DNA of 64,000 nt from Yuukianura sp. NJ FZ-2021 (taxonomy: Eukaryota): contig CM102289.1 in NCBI GenBank assembly GCA_046563655.1, forward strand, positions 6,634,001 through 6,698,000, read 5' to 3'. Of this stretch, positions 1 through 13,700 are shown in pieces. Within the stretch, counting starts at the first letter, position 1; every line of letters begins with the position of its first letter. The notes below the pieces were generated by a model. The model saw nothing but the letters and a program-made list of their open reading frames with translations. It did no database searches and was not told the origin of the DNA. Both the position numbers and the translations under genes were made by a program.

Positions 1-1733
1 TCAAATTTTGCGTCTCTCTTATTTCCTGTAGTTCATTAATTTTCAAACTATCGCGCCATACTACGGACAATAAAAGGAAAGAAAAAATTTCATTATACTG
101 AAGCCTGAAAAGCTGGAAGTTCAAATTAATGATAAAAGCAGCGGATCAGTGTTTTGAATTTTGTGAATTTTCAAACTCAGATCAAATGAAGCAGTTTAGA
201 AATTTTGTTTGAACGAAAAGTAGGAACATAGTTAATGAAGAATTTGAGCGCGGAATTTTGAACTCATAAAAGCCACTCCACGAAGCTCATAAATTTGGCA
301 TTAACTTTCATTGTCTCCCGCTGTTCCACTATGCCCCATGTGGATTTCATGGCTCACAGCATCGCAGTAACTCCAAAATGCACTTTCTTAGCAAAATGTG
401 TTTTCTAAGACTTTTTGAGCACGCGGCACACAAAAGCGTGCTCCGCGTACAATTTGTGCAAACTATGCACAAGGGTGTGACAGTGACACTTGACTTTTTG
501 TTAGAATCTCGGGGGTGTCGAAACGTTTAATGAAGTTGGTTTGAGTTTCGTAGCTACTCTACTTTCAGACGCTTTATTATTAGTTCTGTATTGCTTTATA
601 TATTCATTTAACAAGTTATATTAATTATACTTTAGCTGGCCAAAGCGAGCTTATTGAAGTTCCGTCACCACCATCGTTGACGCCGACATCTGGTGACATT
701 TCAGATGACAAAACAAAGGTACGTCAAAAGCTTCCGTCTGCCATTTTCATCATTAAGTTAGCCAAATTCATTTCAAATTTTCCACTTTCTCTGACTTTCA
801 TTTTCTCCCTCGATGGTTAAAGGCCTACAAGAAAAAAAATGACACACGTACACGAACACGACTCCTTGCAGCTTTTTCAGAACTCAGGATAACATCTTTA
901 GATGTATTCAGCAGCAATTTGAAAATTTTATACACTTCTGTACATGCCTTCAGGTTTCATCAAATCTTAGACGGGTTTCCTTTAATTACTACCTTGGAGG
1001 CTTACTATTCCACTGGAAATGTCACATCTTTGCCAGAAATTAAACTTTTAAGGTCTTCAAACCCATTAAAATGCTGGAGGAACTTTAAGCCACTTAACTT
1101 TCTAAAATCTCTCCATCTCGCATCCTCAATTAAACTTCATCAAATTCTACTAACCAAACTTAAACTTTGTTAAAAGTCTGTCCAACTTTAGTTTGACTTT
1201 GCAGAACAGCCGGTGAGAAACTTTCTCCAATTCCCACCAAAGTTCTTACGAACTTTTGACTTTGACTTACAGAGACGCTCCGAGCTAAATCTTGTTAAAA
1301 TTTCACATTTCCTCAACTAGGGAATGAAATTTCGGCCTGATTTAAATAAAATTATTTACCTACTCCAAAAACTTTTGCTGATTGATGGTTGACCTTTGAC
1401 CTTAACACTGTCATCCGCGAATTGCGTCAAAAGTTAACTCTTTTACTTTGCTATAAACAACATTCCAGTCGAGAAGGGAAATCGAACAAGAAACAACAAA
1501 TTTTGATGTGTTTACACAACAAGTTTAAAAAGTCACTTTCACAGCGTGTGCATAGCTTACAAAAAAAAACATATATTGGAACTGTCTTTGAATTTTTTTT
1601 CAAACGTTTTTGAAAACCTCTTTCAACTTTCACTTTTTTTTTTTACACAAAGGTAACCTGGGACCAAAGTGGTTTCCAAATAGATGCGGCCGTCCTTGGT
1701 TCAGTAATTGAAAATCATTTAAGAAAAACTGAT

Positions 1734-3237
1734 ATGCGCAGACGCGCAACAGTGTCCACGCTTTACGAACCAATGGGATACGAAGAGTGTTTTCAATCTC
1801 CAGCAAGGTAACAAAAATTGAAATTTAAAACAAAATTTCGAGTAATAAGCCCATTTTCGTGATGAAATTTCAATCGTTTCGCTATTACTTGTGAATCCAG
1901 TTCAAAATAACTAGGCAGTTCTTCTATCTTTTAAGAGACAACGAGACAGAAAGTGAATAATGATAATTTTATCTCACATTTTTAAAAATTGGACTTTTCT
2001 TGGTTTCACTTTACTAGCGCTGCGGACATAAAATTTTCTATTCAAAAGTTACAGTTTATGTATTTGAGACTAACGCCTTGAGAGAAAATGGAGTCAGTTT
2101 CACCAACAAATGATACTGGGTCGTATGACACCAAAAAAATTGGCAAACTGTTGCTTTCTCCAACTTGAAGTAGAAACTAGACTGATCCAGCTTTACGTTC
2201 ACAAACAGAATTGAAAACTATACTTTAGCTGTGTCATCATAAATGATACACTCCGTGGATAATAAAGTGAATCCACAAAATGTCAACTTAAGGATGAAAG
2301 TAGGTCAAAAGGATCCATTTCGTTTTCAATTTCGGTTTCATCTTCTCTGTCGTTAGTGCTTGTTCTGCTGAACTTATATTTTAGCAACTGGAATTGATAG
2401 GTTGTCCAACTAGGCTGAAACCAATTGGCCTTAACCCATGTCACTTGTCTCAAAATATAACAGCAGAGCATTCAGTTTCACTTTTCTAAGAAAACTTGAT
2501 GTCGTTCCTGGAGTGGAACAACAAACACTTCCAATTTGTTTGAGGTTTAAGTTTAAGCTTGGTTTGAAATCACAAAGATTCTTCAAAAAGAAAATGTTTT
2601 ACTTTTACTTTTTTTTTCTAGAGCAAGGTCTGCTTCCGCGTGTGTGATTCCAAACGTTGGACTTGAAGCCTCCGACCCTATATTTGGCCCAAGGTCAAAT
2701 CAAGGTCAAGCACCCACAGTAACATTTTTGTCGGCCAATCAGGCAGCGCCACGGCGAAGTTCTCTGAAAACACCAATTGGACCAGGCAGTTGTCGTAATT
2801 CGGGTATCGGTGGTCGCTTGTCGTTCCAAGCCAATCCATCTGTAGTTGGAGATTCAGAACCCCCCATTGGTCGAAAACAGAAACGATTTTCAATTTCTGG
2901 TCCATCGACGTTTGGACATGGCTACACTCCCATGGTCCCATCACCTTTGGCCCCCCTTAAATGTCATGACCCGTATCGCAAGAACTCAGGTCAATCTTTT
3001 GTTGAAACAGTTGACTTGACCGGTAAAGTCAAAACTACAACGCAAAGTTCTTACTCGACTTCGTATACGTATGTGCTGCCACCTATTAACGGCCGGATTA
3101 CGACGGAAGATGAAGAGGAAGACGAGAGTAGACGCCGGGCAGCGTATTACAAAAAAGTCAACGCACAGGGTCAAGGAACTGGCATGTCTATTTGCTCGGC
3201 CATAAGAGACTTTATTCTTCATTCTCTGAGGTCATAA
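1734..3237 (+). CDS. Two-exon gene for an unknown Ser/Pro/Arg-rich, probably disordered protein (exons 1734-1807, 2622-3237)
   Basis: ATG exon MRRRATVSTLYEPMGYEECFQSPA ends AG|gtaac. The acceptor ttctag at 2621 restores the frame into the 197-aa ORF. No recognisable domain. Confidence 0.6.
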
Positions 3238-4142
3238 AGTCATTGGCATTCTGAAGACGTTAACCTAACATTTGGGTAGAAACTGAAACGCATAAACACT
3301 TACACTTGATGTTAAAAGTTTTTAGAATTCTCTGTTTTCTCCATCACCATTTCTGAACTAAAAGCAAAAGCCTAATCTTTAACGTACCATACGAAAATAA
3401 AGCTAGGTGAAAATGAATCTGAAAAACAAAAATTAGAATTCGGTTATATAAAGACAAAATTACATTAAGATTACTTAGCATTTTTACTAATGAATTTAAA
3501 CGAGATTATTAATAAGAAAAAAGTTTACTGGAGAATTGATTTTATGATGTGATTTTGAAGAGTTAAAATTGAAACTCAAAAAAAGAAAATTGAAAGACAA
3601 CTAAGCAGATTGAAGTACAAAGGATGAGAATTTACATTTAACACATATTTAAGCAAGACTGACACCAATTTACTACATTTTCAGAGTTCAGAAGCAGCTG
3701 ACAACAGAATGAACGTTTACTTAAAAATTTAGATGATGACGCTTGTGAAAGTACTTGATAGAAATATAATGGTGCTTAATCTCAATTTATGTGACATTAC
3801 ACTATCAATTGACAAATAAATTTACTTACTAGAAAACTGTTTTGTTATGTAATACCTCATATCTAAACTCAAACAATGGTTTTATTGTCGGAAAACAAGA
3901 AGTAAAAGTGTTATCATCATAACGTGAAGTACTACTTCAAGTAAAACCTGAGTTGTTAAGGTTTAAGTGATAACAAAAATGTAGAATACCACATGTGTTG
4001 TGAGCAACAATAAAAATTTTAATCACAAATAAACTTCAAACATTCAATTATAAAATGCGATTTTTTGTATCTTATAAATTGGAAATGGTAAGATACCACT
4101 TGACTTGAAATGACAGAGCTTATTATCGGGTTTAGAGGAAGG

Positions 4143-7036
4143 TCATTTAGCATCCGGCTGATTTTCGTCAAGGGAAATCCGTTCTTCACCGACATCTTCG
4201 TCTTCGTTGAGATTAAGCACGCTTGACATACCGGCTAACTCATTGGCGTCAAAGATACTTCCGCGTTTGCCACCCAAATTTTGAAATTCGGGCCCAATTT
4301 CCACTTCTTTGCTTACGTCTACTCTTTTTGCAATGACTTTACGAATCCAAAAGTAATCCACCATGTAAAACAGAATTCCAAAAGCACCAGCGGCAATTCC
4401 AAAGTATCTGAATGCGTGTCGTGCTCCTACTAATCCATATACCAGGCCACCAAAGAAACTCCCAGCGCCTTTGCCTGTAATAAAATGTTCACAGAATCCA
4501 ATAAATCTTACAAAATTAGAATTTGTTTAAATTGAATTCTCTTTTTAAATGGAAATGTTACCTAGGCTGTAATGTAGTGCTCCCATGATACCCATTAAAC
4601 TTGCTAACATTCCCTTCGGAGCTAACAGAGAACAGTAGGTGGCAGCTGATACCCACATTAGGTGATACTAAACCGCCAAATTAAAAAAATACATTAGTGA
4701 CTACATTTGTGAATCGAATTTTCATAAGAAATATGACTGCTCAACACACCAGCATGCGCTTAGCATACCTAAATATACTTATCACATATATTCCGAGACA
4801 TACCGTACACACAGTATACGTACATCATACCGTATATTTACATCATTCTGTATATACGCATATAATACAGTGCGTACGTACTTCATACCGCATTTTTGTA
4901 CACTGTACACACAATTTACAGGTATAAACCTGCGTCCTACTGTTATACCGTGACAAAATATATGCCGAGATTATACTGGTATTTAAGCACAGCGGTAAAA
5001 AACGCTAGCAAAGCTATCTATATACCTCTCACTACCGTTGTATACTTACCGCCTACCCATATATAGTTATAACATAGCAGTTTACAACAAGCAGGTATAA
5101 CACCGTGTGCTCAAGATTAGTTGTAGTAAGCAAACTCGGTAAGTAAGTGTGTAGGTACCTACAGTAGTTATATGCTTACCGTGAATGCTTCCATGGCTTC
5201 AAAGGGAAAACACCAAAACGGATTTCTATTGAGAAAGAGAATTGTTGCATAAAAGTGTTTATAATTTCGTTTTTTTAAAACTCAACTGTAAGTACGAGTA
5301 TCCAAAGAATCGAAGAAAGTATGTAATAAAAGCAGCGATGATTAAGTTGACACGACCAAACTTTGCCACAATCTTTTCCGAGCCCCAAAGAAATGGTAGC
5401 CCCATCAAAGAGCCTACGGTGAGTGTCAGTCCTACAAAAGCAGAACAAAGAGAGCGCCATTTTTTTCAATTGAGTTTCATATTACGTGGACCATTAAATG
5501 ACCAGATCACTTTCACTTTTTGGTTTTTTCTTACCCAGAAGGTAGTTGGGTGCTTCGAGTTCTTTGAGGAAAATGAACAAAAAGGATTCGACAAAACCCC
5601 ACATATTTCCCAAGAGAAAGATCATTACGAGGAAAACTACGACTTCGGGATAATGGAACAGTTTGGCCGCATTTCTAAACAAAGACAAACCGAAAACAAA
5701 CATTTTTAAAACCCAAAAGAATGAAAACACAAAAGAGACTCTTTTTTTACACTTACTTGAGTACACCTTTCTCAGGTTTCTCCACTTCCAATTCAATTAG
5801 AATAAAGGCTATTATACTGCACCCTAAAAGGGCATTGGACAAGTAGAACGCTGGAGAGTAGTCAGTTGATTCCTTATAAATTGAAATTCTATCAACCAAA
5901 ACTCCAGCAATTGGTGAAATCAGTGCAGCACCAACAATTGAAAATATGCGCTCTTTTCCATATTCAGCTTTTCCACAACGCTTGACCACGGCGAGTGTAG
6001 TAGCATCGAGTAGAGTGAAACATGAACCCATACAAGCTGTAGCAATGACTCTAAAGAGAAAGTAAACCCAGAATGTGATTTGATTATTTCCGTAACCTGG
6101 ATTTGACAGTTCAGGGGCACTTTGACACAGAAGTAGTTCTGCATTTACTGCATCGGTTACAGTAACAGTCACATGACCTCCGATTTTCATGATGCAGTTT
6201 ACTTGTTCATAAACCGTCCAGTCGGCCAGTAGAGACGATTGCTGGCTTTCGGCATAAGAGTGACAACCAGTCAGGTGGAGGCTTTTGACCGGGTCAAGTA
6301 TATCTGGTTTCGTCAGCAATGGACAGTGTTTGATGTCAATTGGAACGAAAAAACCTTGACCTATGTTAGTATCCCATTTTACAGCTATGTCATAGTTTGC
6401 AATGCTGGGTGGTTGAAACTGAGGCACGAATAAGAGTAGTGTGTGAAACAAACCATTTCCTACTGTACCCAAAATGAGTATCCATTTGTAATTTCCCAGC
6501 ATGTCCGCCAGAGCTCCTAGTTATTCAAAACAAGACAAAAAGAAATGTAAAAATTTTCTTGGAAATTTTTATATATTACAAGAGTTACCAAAAATTGGCG
6601 GGCCGAAAACGCTAGTAAATGGAAGAACAGCATAAATCACAGCCACTTCTGTAATGGAGATGCCAATAGCCTACAGAACCACATTTTTTTTGTATCAACA
6701 ACAAAGTTTGTAATTCTATCCGTCAATTAGGTTACCTGCATATGAATGGTAAGGTAAGGAAGAATTGCAGACATTGCTGGAAACCATTAGTTAAAAAAAT
6801 GCATTTCGTTTAGAAATTTTTTTTTCAAAATTTCAAAAAATTACTTTTATAAATAGTTTTAGGTTCTTACCGCCATAGTAAAGAAATAGCGTGATTTTGA
6901 GTGGTAATGTTGCTTGGTTAATTTTGACTTTCGGTTTAAATCTTCGTTTAGACTTTTCTTCATCGCCTTTTTTGGTTTTCGATAAGTCATTCGGAGTTGA
7001 ATCTTCACCGAGCGGCGGGTCCAATGTCTTAGCCAT
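4143..7036 (-). CDS. MFSD6: Major facilitator superfamily domain-containing protein 6-like transporter (multi-exon)
   Basis: Exons read PLKITLFLYYGG, ILPYLTIHM, TFWVYFLFRVIATACMGSCFTLLDATTL, EYGKERIFS, GKGAGSFFGGLVYG; many TM segments; GT-AG introns. Confidence 0.85.
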
Positions 7037-7647
7037 GCTTACTTTTATTTTAGCGAACCAGCAGCGTTTCGAAAACCAAGAACGGGAAGAACTGTATTAA
7101 TTTTACAATTAGGTAAACGGTTATACGTGACTTAGAAGTCAAGATAAAACACAATCAGTGACTACTTCAAACTAAAGTAAATAAATTGGATGACACTGGA
7201 CTTAAGAACAAGACCAATTCAAACAGAACTCTGCAAACAACAAATTCGGCTTTTCCTTCATTGTCAAATTCATTCAATTCCAGACTGCATAACTCATAAT
7301 GTAATAGTTTTGAGCAATGGATGTATATTTATGTTATTAATTTCAATTTGTTCTAATTGAAACATTAACTCTCAGTATATATGAAATAAGGAATTGTGTT
7401 GTCCAAAACCACTCTGTCCAACCTTAAACTAAATATTTTTGCTGCATCTACGTAGTGTAGTTGATTTTTATAACTTAACTAACCTTGACTAGTTAGTTGC
7501 TGCTGTATTTATTTTATCTAGCTTTGGTTTAAAATCATAAAAAAATCAAATTTTCCTAAATAAAATTTACCGTTACTAGATTTGCTGGTGTTTTTAGTCC
7601 AAAAGTAAAATGACCAGTCTATGGCGTTTGACTCCCGGGGTCAAAGT

Positions 7648-7951
7648 TCATTGACCTGTGCCAGAGGCTGCGGCTGGAGCTGCAGTCGTGGTTTGGCTTT
7701 GGTCACCGTTTCCGGCATCCGACGTTCCAGCGGCTGGGGTAGGCGAAGATGTACAATGATGATGATGATGACGATGATGATGATGATGATGATGATGTGC
7801 ATCCACATCTTCAGCCAACAAGGCCAGGGAAACCAAGAGACACTGAAGCAGAATGCAACCAAGTATATGTAGATTTTAAGTTAAAGACACCGAAGTTTTT
7901 GTTTAAAAGTATTGAGTTGCTTAAATTTCTTACCAAGAGCACGACCTTCAT
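7648..7951 (-). CDS. Secreted His-rich peptide, paralog 1 (MKVVLL|CLLVSLALLAEDVDA-H8RH5C...)
   Basis: Microexon 7951-7934 ends at gtaag; second exon completes a signal peptide, then a poly-His tract and a Gly/Ala/Thr/Gln tail. Confidence 0.8.
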
Positions 7952-8950
7952 TTTTGTTGGTTTAGTTTAGACTGAAATGTATTGGTTCTGAAATAGTTTA
8001 CTTAAATGTGTTTGTTGACGCTTTTGGTGTTAAACTTGAATGGTTATATACGAAACACACAAACATGTTAGTTAATTAACATAATAATTAAAAGCCAATT
8101 CCAATAACGCAGCTCTTGCTACACTAGCACGGATTTCTACATCGGGATAAATTTAACTCTAATTTAATTTTAAATACTGCCGGGAAAAGATATGGCCCAA
8201 ACCCCATCATAAAGTATAGTCGGTGCGATTCGGCTGAAATTTTTGCGACTTCCTAGGATTGGTATGAAAGGCACGTAACCAAATTTTCAACTTCGAGCGA
8301 CCACTACGACAAGGTCACCAGAAACTTGGATTAAATTCCACCATATTCACACATGCTGACCCGTTGCAAGTGATACAGCATTGGAAAGCCTTTGATCTCC
8401 TGATTCAAGTAAATGTTTAAACATTGGTCTTTCTGGCCGTCGGCTCAAGCCTTCGTTGTCAACTGTTAGCTCATCTCCCAAATCAAATGAACTAAAAGAA
8501 ATATTGTTGCCCAAAATTACAGTTGTCTCTCCCAATTATTCGATTTGCCAAATACAAAACAAATTGCAGGTCAACTTGTCATTGGCAAATCCTCCAGTTG
8601 TCATTTCAGGTTTCATTTTGCCAGTTCACCGCCCACGTACGGGTGCGAGTTTTGTATTTGTCAATTGAATTTATTTTGGATTTGGCAAATGGAACAAGTG
8701 GGAGAGACAACTGTACTTTCTAATGTTGCACGAAATTGTCTACCTGGTATATTAACTTCTAACTTTTAACTAACTTGTAACTTTGCCTGTAATCATAGTT
8801 AGTTGCTGCTGTAGTTATTTTATTTAGTTTGCATTAAACGTCATGAAAAATCAAATCAATTTTTTTCAAATAGAATTTCCTAGTGCTAGATTTGTTGCCT
8901 TTTTAGTCCAAACGGAAAATGACCATCCCTTGGCGTTCGAGTCGCTGGGC

Positions 8951-9325
8951 TCATTGACCTGCGCCAGAGGCTGCCGACTGAGTTCCAGCCGGGGGTTGAC
9001 TTTGGCCAGCGGTTCCAGCTCCGGACGTTCCAGCGTCTACGGTAACCGAACCGCTGCCGTGTGGGTGATGATGATGGTGGTGGCGTGCATCCACGTCTCC
9101 AGCCAACAGGGCCAAGGAAACCAAGAGACACTGGAAGTGATGAAACAATTCAAATTATAAAACTGGTATTTATTAAGTAGCGAAAGCTACGTTGTTCATC
9201 TATCTTGCATATCTGTCCGTCTGTTATACATGCCTGTATAAATAGATTTTATAGGCTAAGGCATCCAAAATTCGTTGAGTATTGACCTTTTTAAAAAAAC
9301 AGCTTACCATGAGCATGACCTTCAT
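8951..9325 (-). CDS. Secreted His-rich peptide, paralog 2 (MKVMLM|CLLVSLALLAGDVDA-RH6PH...)
   Basis: Same exon structure as paralog 1 (microexon 9325-9308); conserved C-terminal AASG(T/A)GQ-stop. Confidence 0.8.
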
Positions 9326-9729
9326 TTTTGTTGGTTTAGTTTCGACAGAAATGTCTTTGTCTTGAAAGAATTGGTTGAAGTGTGGTGATGCTTTTGATGT
9401 TAAACTTGAATGTTTATATACGAAACACACATCATGTTAGTTAATTAGCGAATCATTAAAAATCAATTCCAATAACGCATCACTTGCTACACTAGCATGA
9501 ACTTCAACATCGGGTTACATTTAACTCTAATTTAATTTTAAATACTCCCGGGAAACTCCTCGTTAAATTCACCAGCTGCCTGACCAAGATTGAACATTTC
9601 TTAGAAAAAGTCATTTCGGTGGAAAGTACAAGTACCAGCTCTTATTAGTAAAGCTATCTAGCAAAATTAACGCTCAACACCAAAGAGACGTTGCCAAATT
9701 TAGTTTCAATTTCAAAATTATAAGGTTAA

Positions 9730-10354
9730 TGTAGTTGATCGCGGCCATAAGATGTGCAGAATTCAAGTGAGAATGGATTTGAAATGACGTGAATGATGAT
9801 GAGACCAATCCAGTAATGTCAAATAAAGCCAATTAGTTTAATTAAATACTTAATAATGAAACAATTAATTGAAAGTTGAATTGAAAAGATTGAATTGAAT
9901 TGGTAGAAGATTCTAAGACTGATTGATTTCTAAGACTTATTGAATTGTTAGATGTTAACCGTTACTACTGTATGTGTATTGTATTGCTTATGCTATGTCT
10001 AAAGACGTGGAGCTGACGTGGAGGAATAGGCGGAGCAAGTAATACGCATGACTGAGCTCCTGCTCTTTCCACTTCTTAATACTAAACTTAAATACTATAG
10101 GAGAAGTGTTGACTTGAGAGAGAGAGAGTGTTGAGTTTTGGGAAGAGCGTTAACATACATTGAAATTGAGAGTGGACTTAACGCTATCTTCTCACTTAAC
10201 CCTTTACTTTCCCACTATGGGTGAACTGTTAGCTCTCTTCTAGTGCTGAGTGATGCTCATCTCATCTCAGTCACTTTAGGTTTAATTCTATTTCTAGTTC
10301 TAAAGTTTAGGTGAAATTTAAAGTGAAAATAATTCTGACGCTAACGCCAGAACA
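9730..10354 (-). repeat. 3' LTR (625 bp)
   Basis: Runs tgtagttgatc...ccagaaca; appears identical by eye to 16292-16916. Confidence 0.95.
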
Positions 10355-10364
10355 CCGGCCCCCA
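10355..10364 (-). other. Polypurine-tract-like primer site (minus strand TGGGGGCCGG region)
   Basis: G-rich tract directly abutting the 3' LTR. Confidence 0.6.
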
Positions 10365-10768
10365 TTTGGACACTAGGGTCCAAATCAAAATGAAATAGAA
10401 TTGAAAAAGTTACAAGTTCAAATCTGAAGGAGTTGAAAGTGGATTAAGAAGGGGATAAGCATTTCGGTGATTTGGTGACCCAGGAGGTGGACTAGGTCTC
10501 CTTTCCAGCCAAGCGGAACTGGATTGTTAGTCTTTGCTAGACCCTACACCAAATGCCTCTCCAGGATTGAAAGATTTAGAAATTGAGGTTCAGATCTGAA
10601 ATTGTATCAGAAATAGAATTGAAAATTACTCGAAAGTGGCCTTGTTCTGGTGTTGCACCTTAACCTAAGATACCCATTAATCTAAAACTCTACAATTACG
10701 CTACTTTAAGTGGTAAATTGAAAAGTGAAAATTAAGAATATGCTAAAATGAATATAAAATTATTGTAG

Positions 10769-13700
10769 TTACGGATCTGGAGATAAAAGTGGACAGATTT
10801 TGACGATTGGTCGTTTGAATGTATGTAGTTTTGGCTTCTTGGTCTTCTCATCGAATGTAGTGTACTTCACTTCAACAGTGCGGACAAGATCATCGTTTCC
10901 TGGGAATACTGCAGTGACTCTGGCCATCTTCCATTTGAGTGGTGGATGATTGTCATCTTTCAGCAGCACTAATTCTCCGATTTTGACATTTTCAGTAGGT
11001 GAATTCCACTTCCTCCGTTCTTGAAGAGTATGAACGTACTCAGTACTCCATTTCTTCCAAAAGTGTTCCAAGATGAACTGGACATGCTGCCACCGAGACA
11101 AACGATTCTCCTTGAGGTGGAGTAGACTTGGTTCCGGTATGGCAGTGAGAGGACGACCGATTAGGAAATGACCAGGAGTGAGTACTTGAAAATCATCCGG
11201 ATCATCTGACATGGCATAGAGTGGTCTGGAGTTGAGAACTGATTCGATCATGGCTAGGATGGTGTAGAACTCTTCCAGTGTCAGACATTGAGTTCCCACG
11301 GTACGTTTAAGATGAAACTTGGTAGATTTGACACAAGCTTCCCAGAGTCCACCCATGTGTGGAGCGTTTGGTGGGTTCAGCCTCCACTCTATCCCTTGGT
11401 TGCCTAAAAAATCGCTAATTTCATCATTAGACTTTTCCAATAGACTAACCCATTCCGACATTTCGTTTTTGGCTCCGACGAAGTTACTTCCACAGTCGGA
11501 GTAGATTGCAGTCGGTAATCCTCGTCGTGCTACGAACCGCTTCAAAGTGCCAATGAAAGTCTCAGTGTCGAGGCCCGTTACCGGTTCAATGTGAACCGCT
11601 TTGGTACTAAAACAAATGAAAACACAAAAGTACACATCAAATTGTTTTTTACCTCTACCCTTGGTTTCTGATGCTTTCATTGGTCCTCCAAAGTCAAGTC
11701 CAGTGTGACTAAATGGTGGTGATGGGGTTACTCGTGGTTTTGGTAGATTTCCCATCAGCTGACTGTAAGTTTTGGCACGGAGCCTTTTGCACTTTATGCA
11801 TTGATGGAGCTGCTGACGAACAGTGACACGGGCTCGAATGATCCAAAATTGCTGTCGTAGGCTACTCCACAGTAGTTGATAACTGGCGTGATGCAGTTTG
11901 ATGTGGTAATTCCAAATGATCAGTTTGGTCAAATGGTGATTTCCAAACAGAATCATCTGGTGCTTCTTCTCCTCTGGTTCTTGTGAGTTTTTGAGTCTTC
12001 CACCGACTCTTAGGATACCGTCCTTGTCCAAAAATGGGCTGAGATAGGATAATTGACTGCGATTGGATAATTCTCTTCCGACTTTCAGTTTCTTGATCTC
12101 CTTGTCGTAACACTCTCGTTGAGCCTCCCGGATGGAGATTATGAATCCATGGTGGATTTCAGTAGCTGAAAGTGGTCCAGTTAAACGATTTCCGGTTTTT
12201 GAATTCCTACAATTGCTAATAAATCGTAAGACATACGCCATGGCTCTTTTAAGCCGAATGACATTAGAAAACCTTTCAAACATGGATGAATTGATTAAAC
12301 CCAAATTGACCATTACTTTTTCACCTTTTAATTCCAAGTCAGGCTCACTTACTTCCCCCGACTCAAAATTAGGTAATTTTACAGACTCACATAGAAATGA
12401 CGGTCCTTTGAACCAGAGATTTGAGTTGATTAGTTCCTCTGCTGGAATTCCACGTGTCCCAAGATCAGCAGGGTTGATTTTACCAGGAATGAATCTCCAT
12501 GACTCAGCAGGAAGTACATCCTGAATTTCTGAAATTCTGTTGGCGACGAATGTTTTGAACTTACGAGACCGGTTTCGTAGCCAATGTAGAACAATTTCAC
12601 TGTCGCTCCAGCAAGTGATGGGACATTGTATTTTCAGAGCTTCAGTGACTTGAGTCATCAATCGTGTCAGGAGAAGGGCTCCACAGAGTTCCAACCGAGG
12701 AATTGAGATTTGTTTGATTGGAGCTACCTTCGTCTTGGCAGCGATGATGTTTGTGTAGATTTCGTTTCCACGAATCGAGCGGGCGTAGACAACTGCACAG
12801 TAAGCAGATTCGGATCCATCCGAGAATCCGTGGAGCTCCACGAACTCAGCAGTGCCTAAAAACAGGAACCTGGGGATTCTAACATTCTCAATTAGTTTTA
12901 CCCCTTGTTCAAAGTCGATCCATGGTTGAAGTAAGGCTCGAGGTATCTCTTGGTCCCACGTTAGGATGTGACTCTTTCCATCGGTTTCAACTGGTGTCCA
13001 AAGTTTCTGGAAGTAGAGTTTAATTGACACAGTGAACGGAGATAACATACCGAGTGGGTCGAAGACACGGCTCATGGACGAAAGCACAGAGCGTTTAGTA
13101 GCTTTTTCTTCGGCTACTGGTGTGTATCCAGAAAAATGAAAGACGTCATCGGTTGAATTCCAACAAACACCTAAAGCTCGGACATGATTAGAATCGGATT
13201 TTACATTAGGATTTTTACCCCGTAGATTTTCTGGAATGAAGTTGAGTAATTCTGAGTCGTTTGAGTCCCACTGCCGGATTTCAATACTGGATGATTCCAG
13301 TAACTTGGAGAGCTCATTGTAGATTTGAACTCCCTCGGCCGTAGACTTTGCATTTCCAAGGAGATCATCAACGTAGAATCTTTCCCTAAGGACCTCCGCC
13401 CCCTTTGGAAATGCCTGAGAATTGGAATTAGCAATTTCATTCAAACACCTTACCGCAAGGAATGGCGCTGAACTAGTGCCGTAAGTGACCGTTTTGAGAC
13501 GGTACTCTTTGACTGGTTCTGACTCTGACGTTCTCCAGAAAATCCTTTGATAGTCCTGATGAGATTTTGAAATTCCAAACTGACGGTACATCTTTGTAAT
13601 GTCCGCCTTAAGCGCAATCGGGTCTGACCTAAAATTGATTAAGTGCGCAAAAATGTCTTTTTGCACCGTTGGACCTACCAATTGACATTCGTTGAACGTA

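Larger units (their letters stand above)
7480..9555. repeat. Tandem duplication of the His-peptide gene with its flanks (about 7480-8185 vs about 8790-9555)
   Basis: Shared blocks such as tagttagttgctgctgta, taaacttgaatg, cgaaacacac, aattccaataacgca and tttaactctaatttaattttaaatact. Confidence 0.8.

Noticed and set aside
4697..5170. TAC/CAT-rich enlarged intron in the MFS gene as a transposon insertion
   Set aside because: Composition is distinct, but I could not identify convincing TIRs, a TSD or Helitron termini.
7621..7970. Poly-Met, poly-Asp and poly-Ile ORFs in the ORF track
   Set aside because: Alternative frames or antisense of the CAY repeat that encodes poly-His; only the His frame has a signal peptide and a paralog.
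10355..10768. Possible env gene between pol and the 3' LTR
   Set aside because: Only about 410 bp with no substantial ORF.
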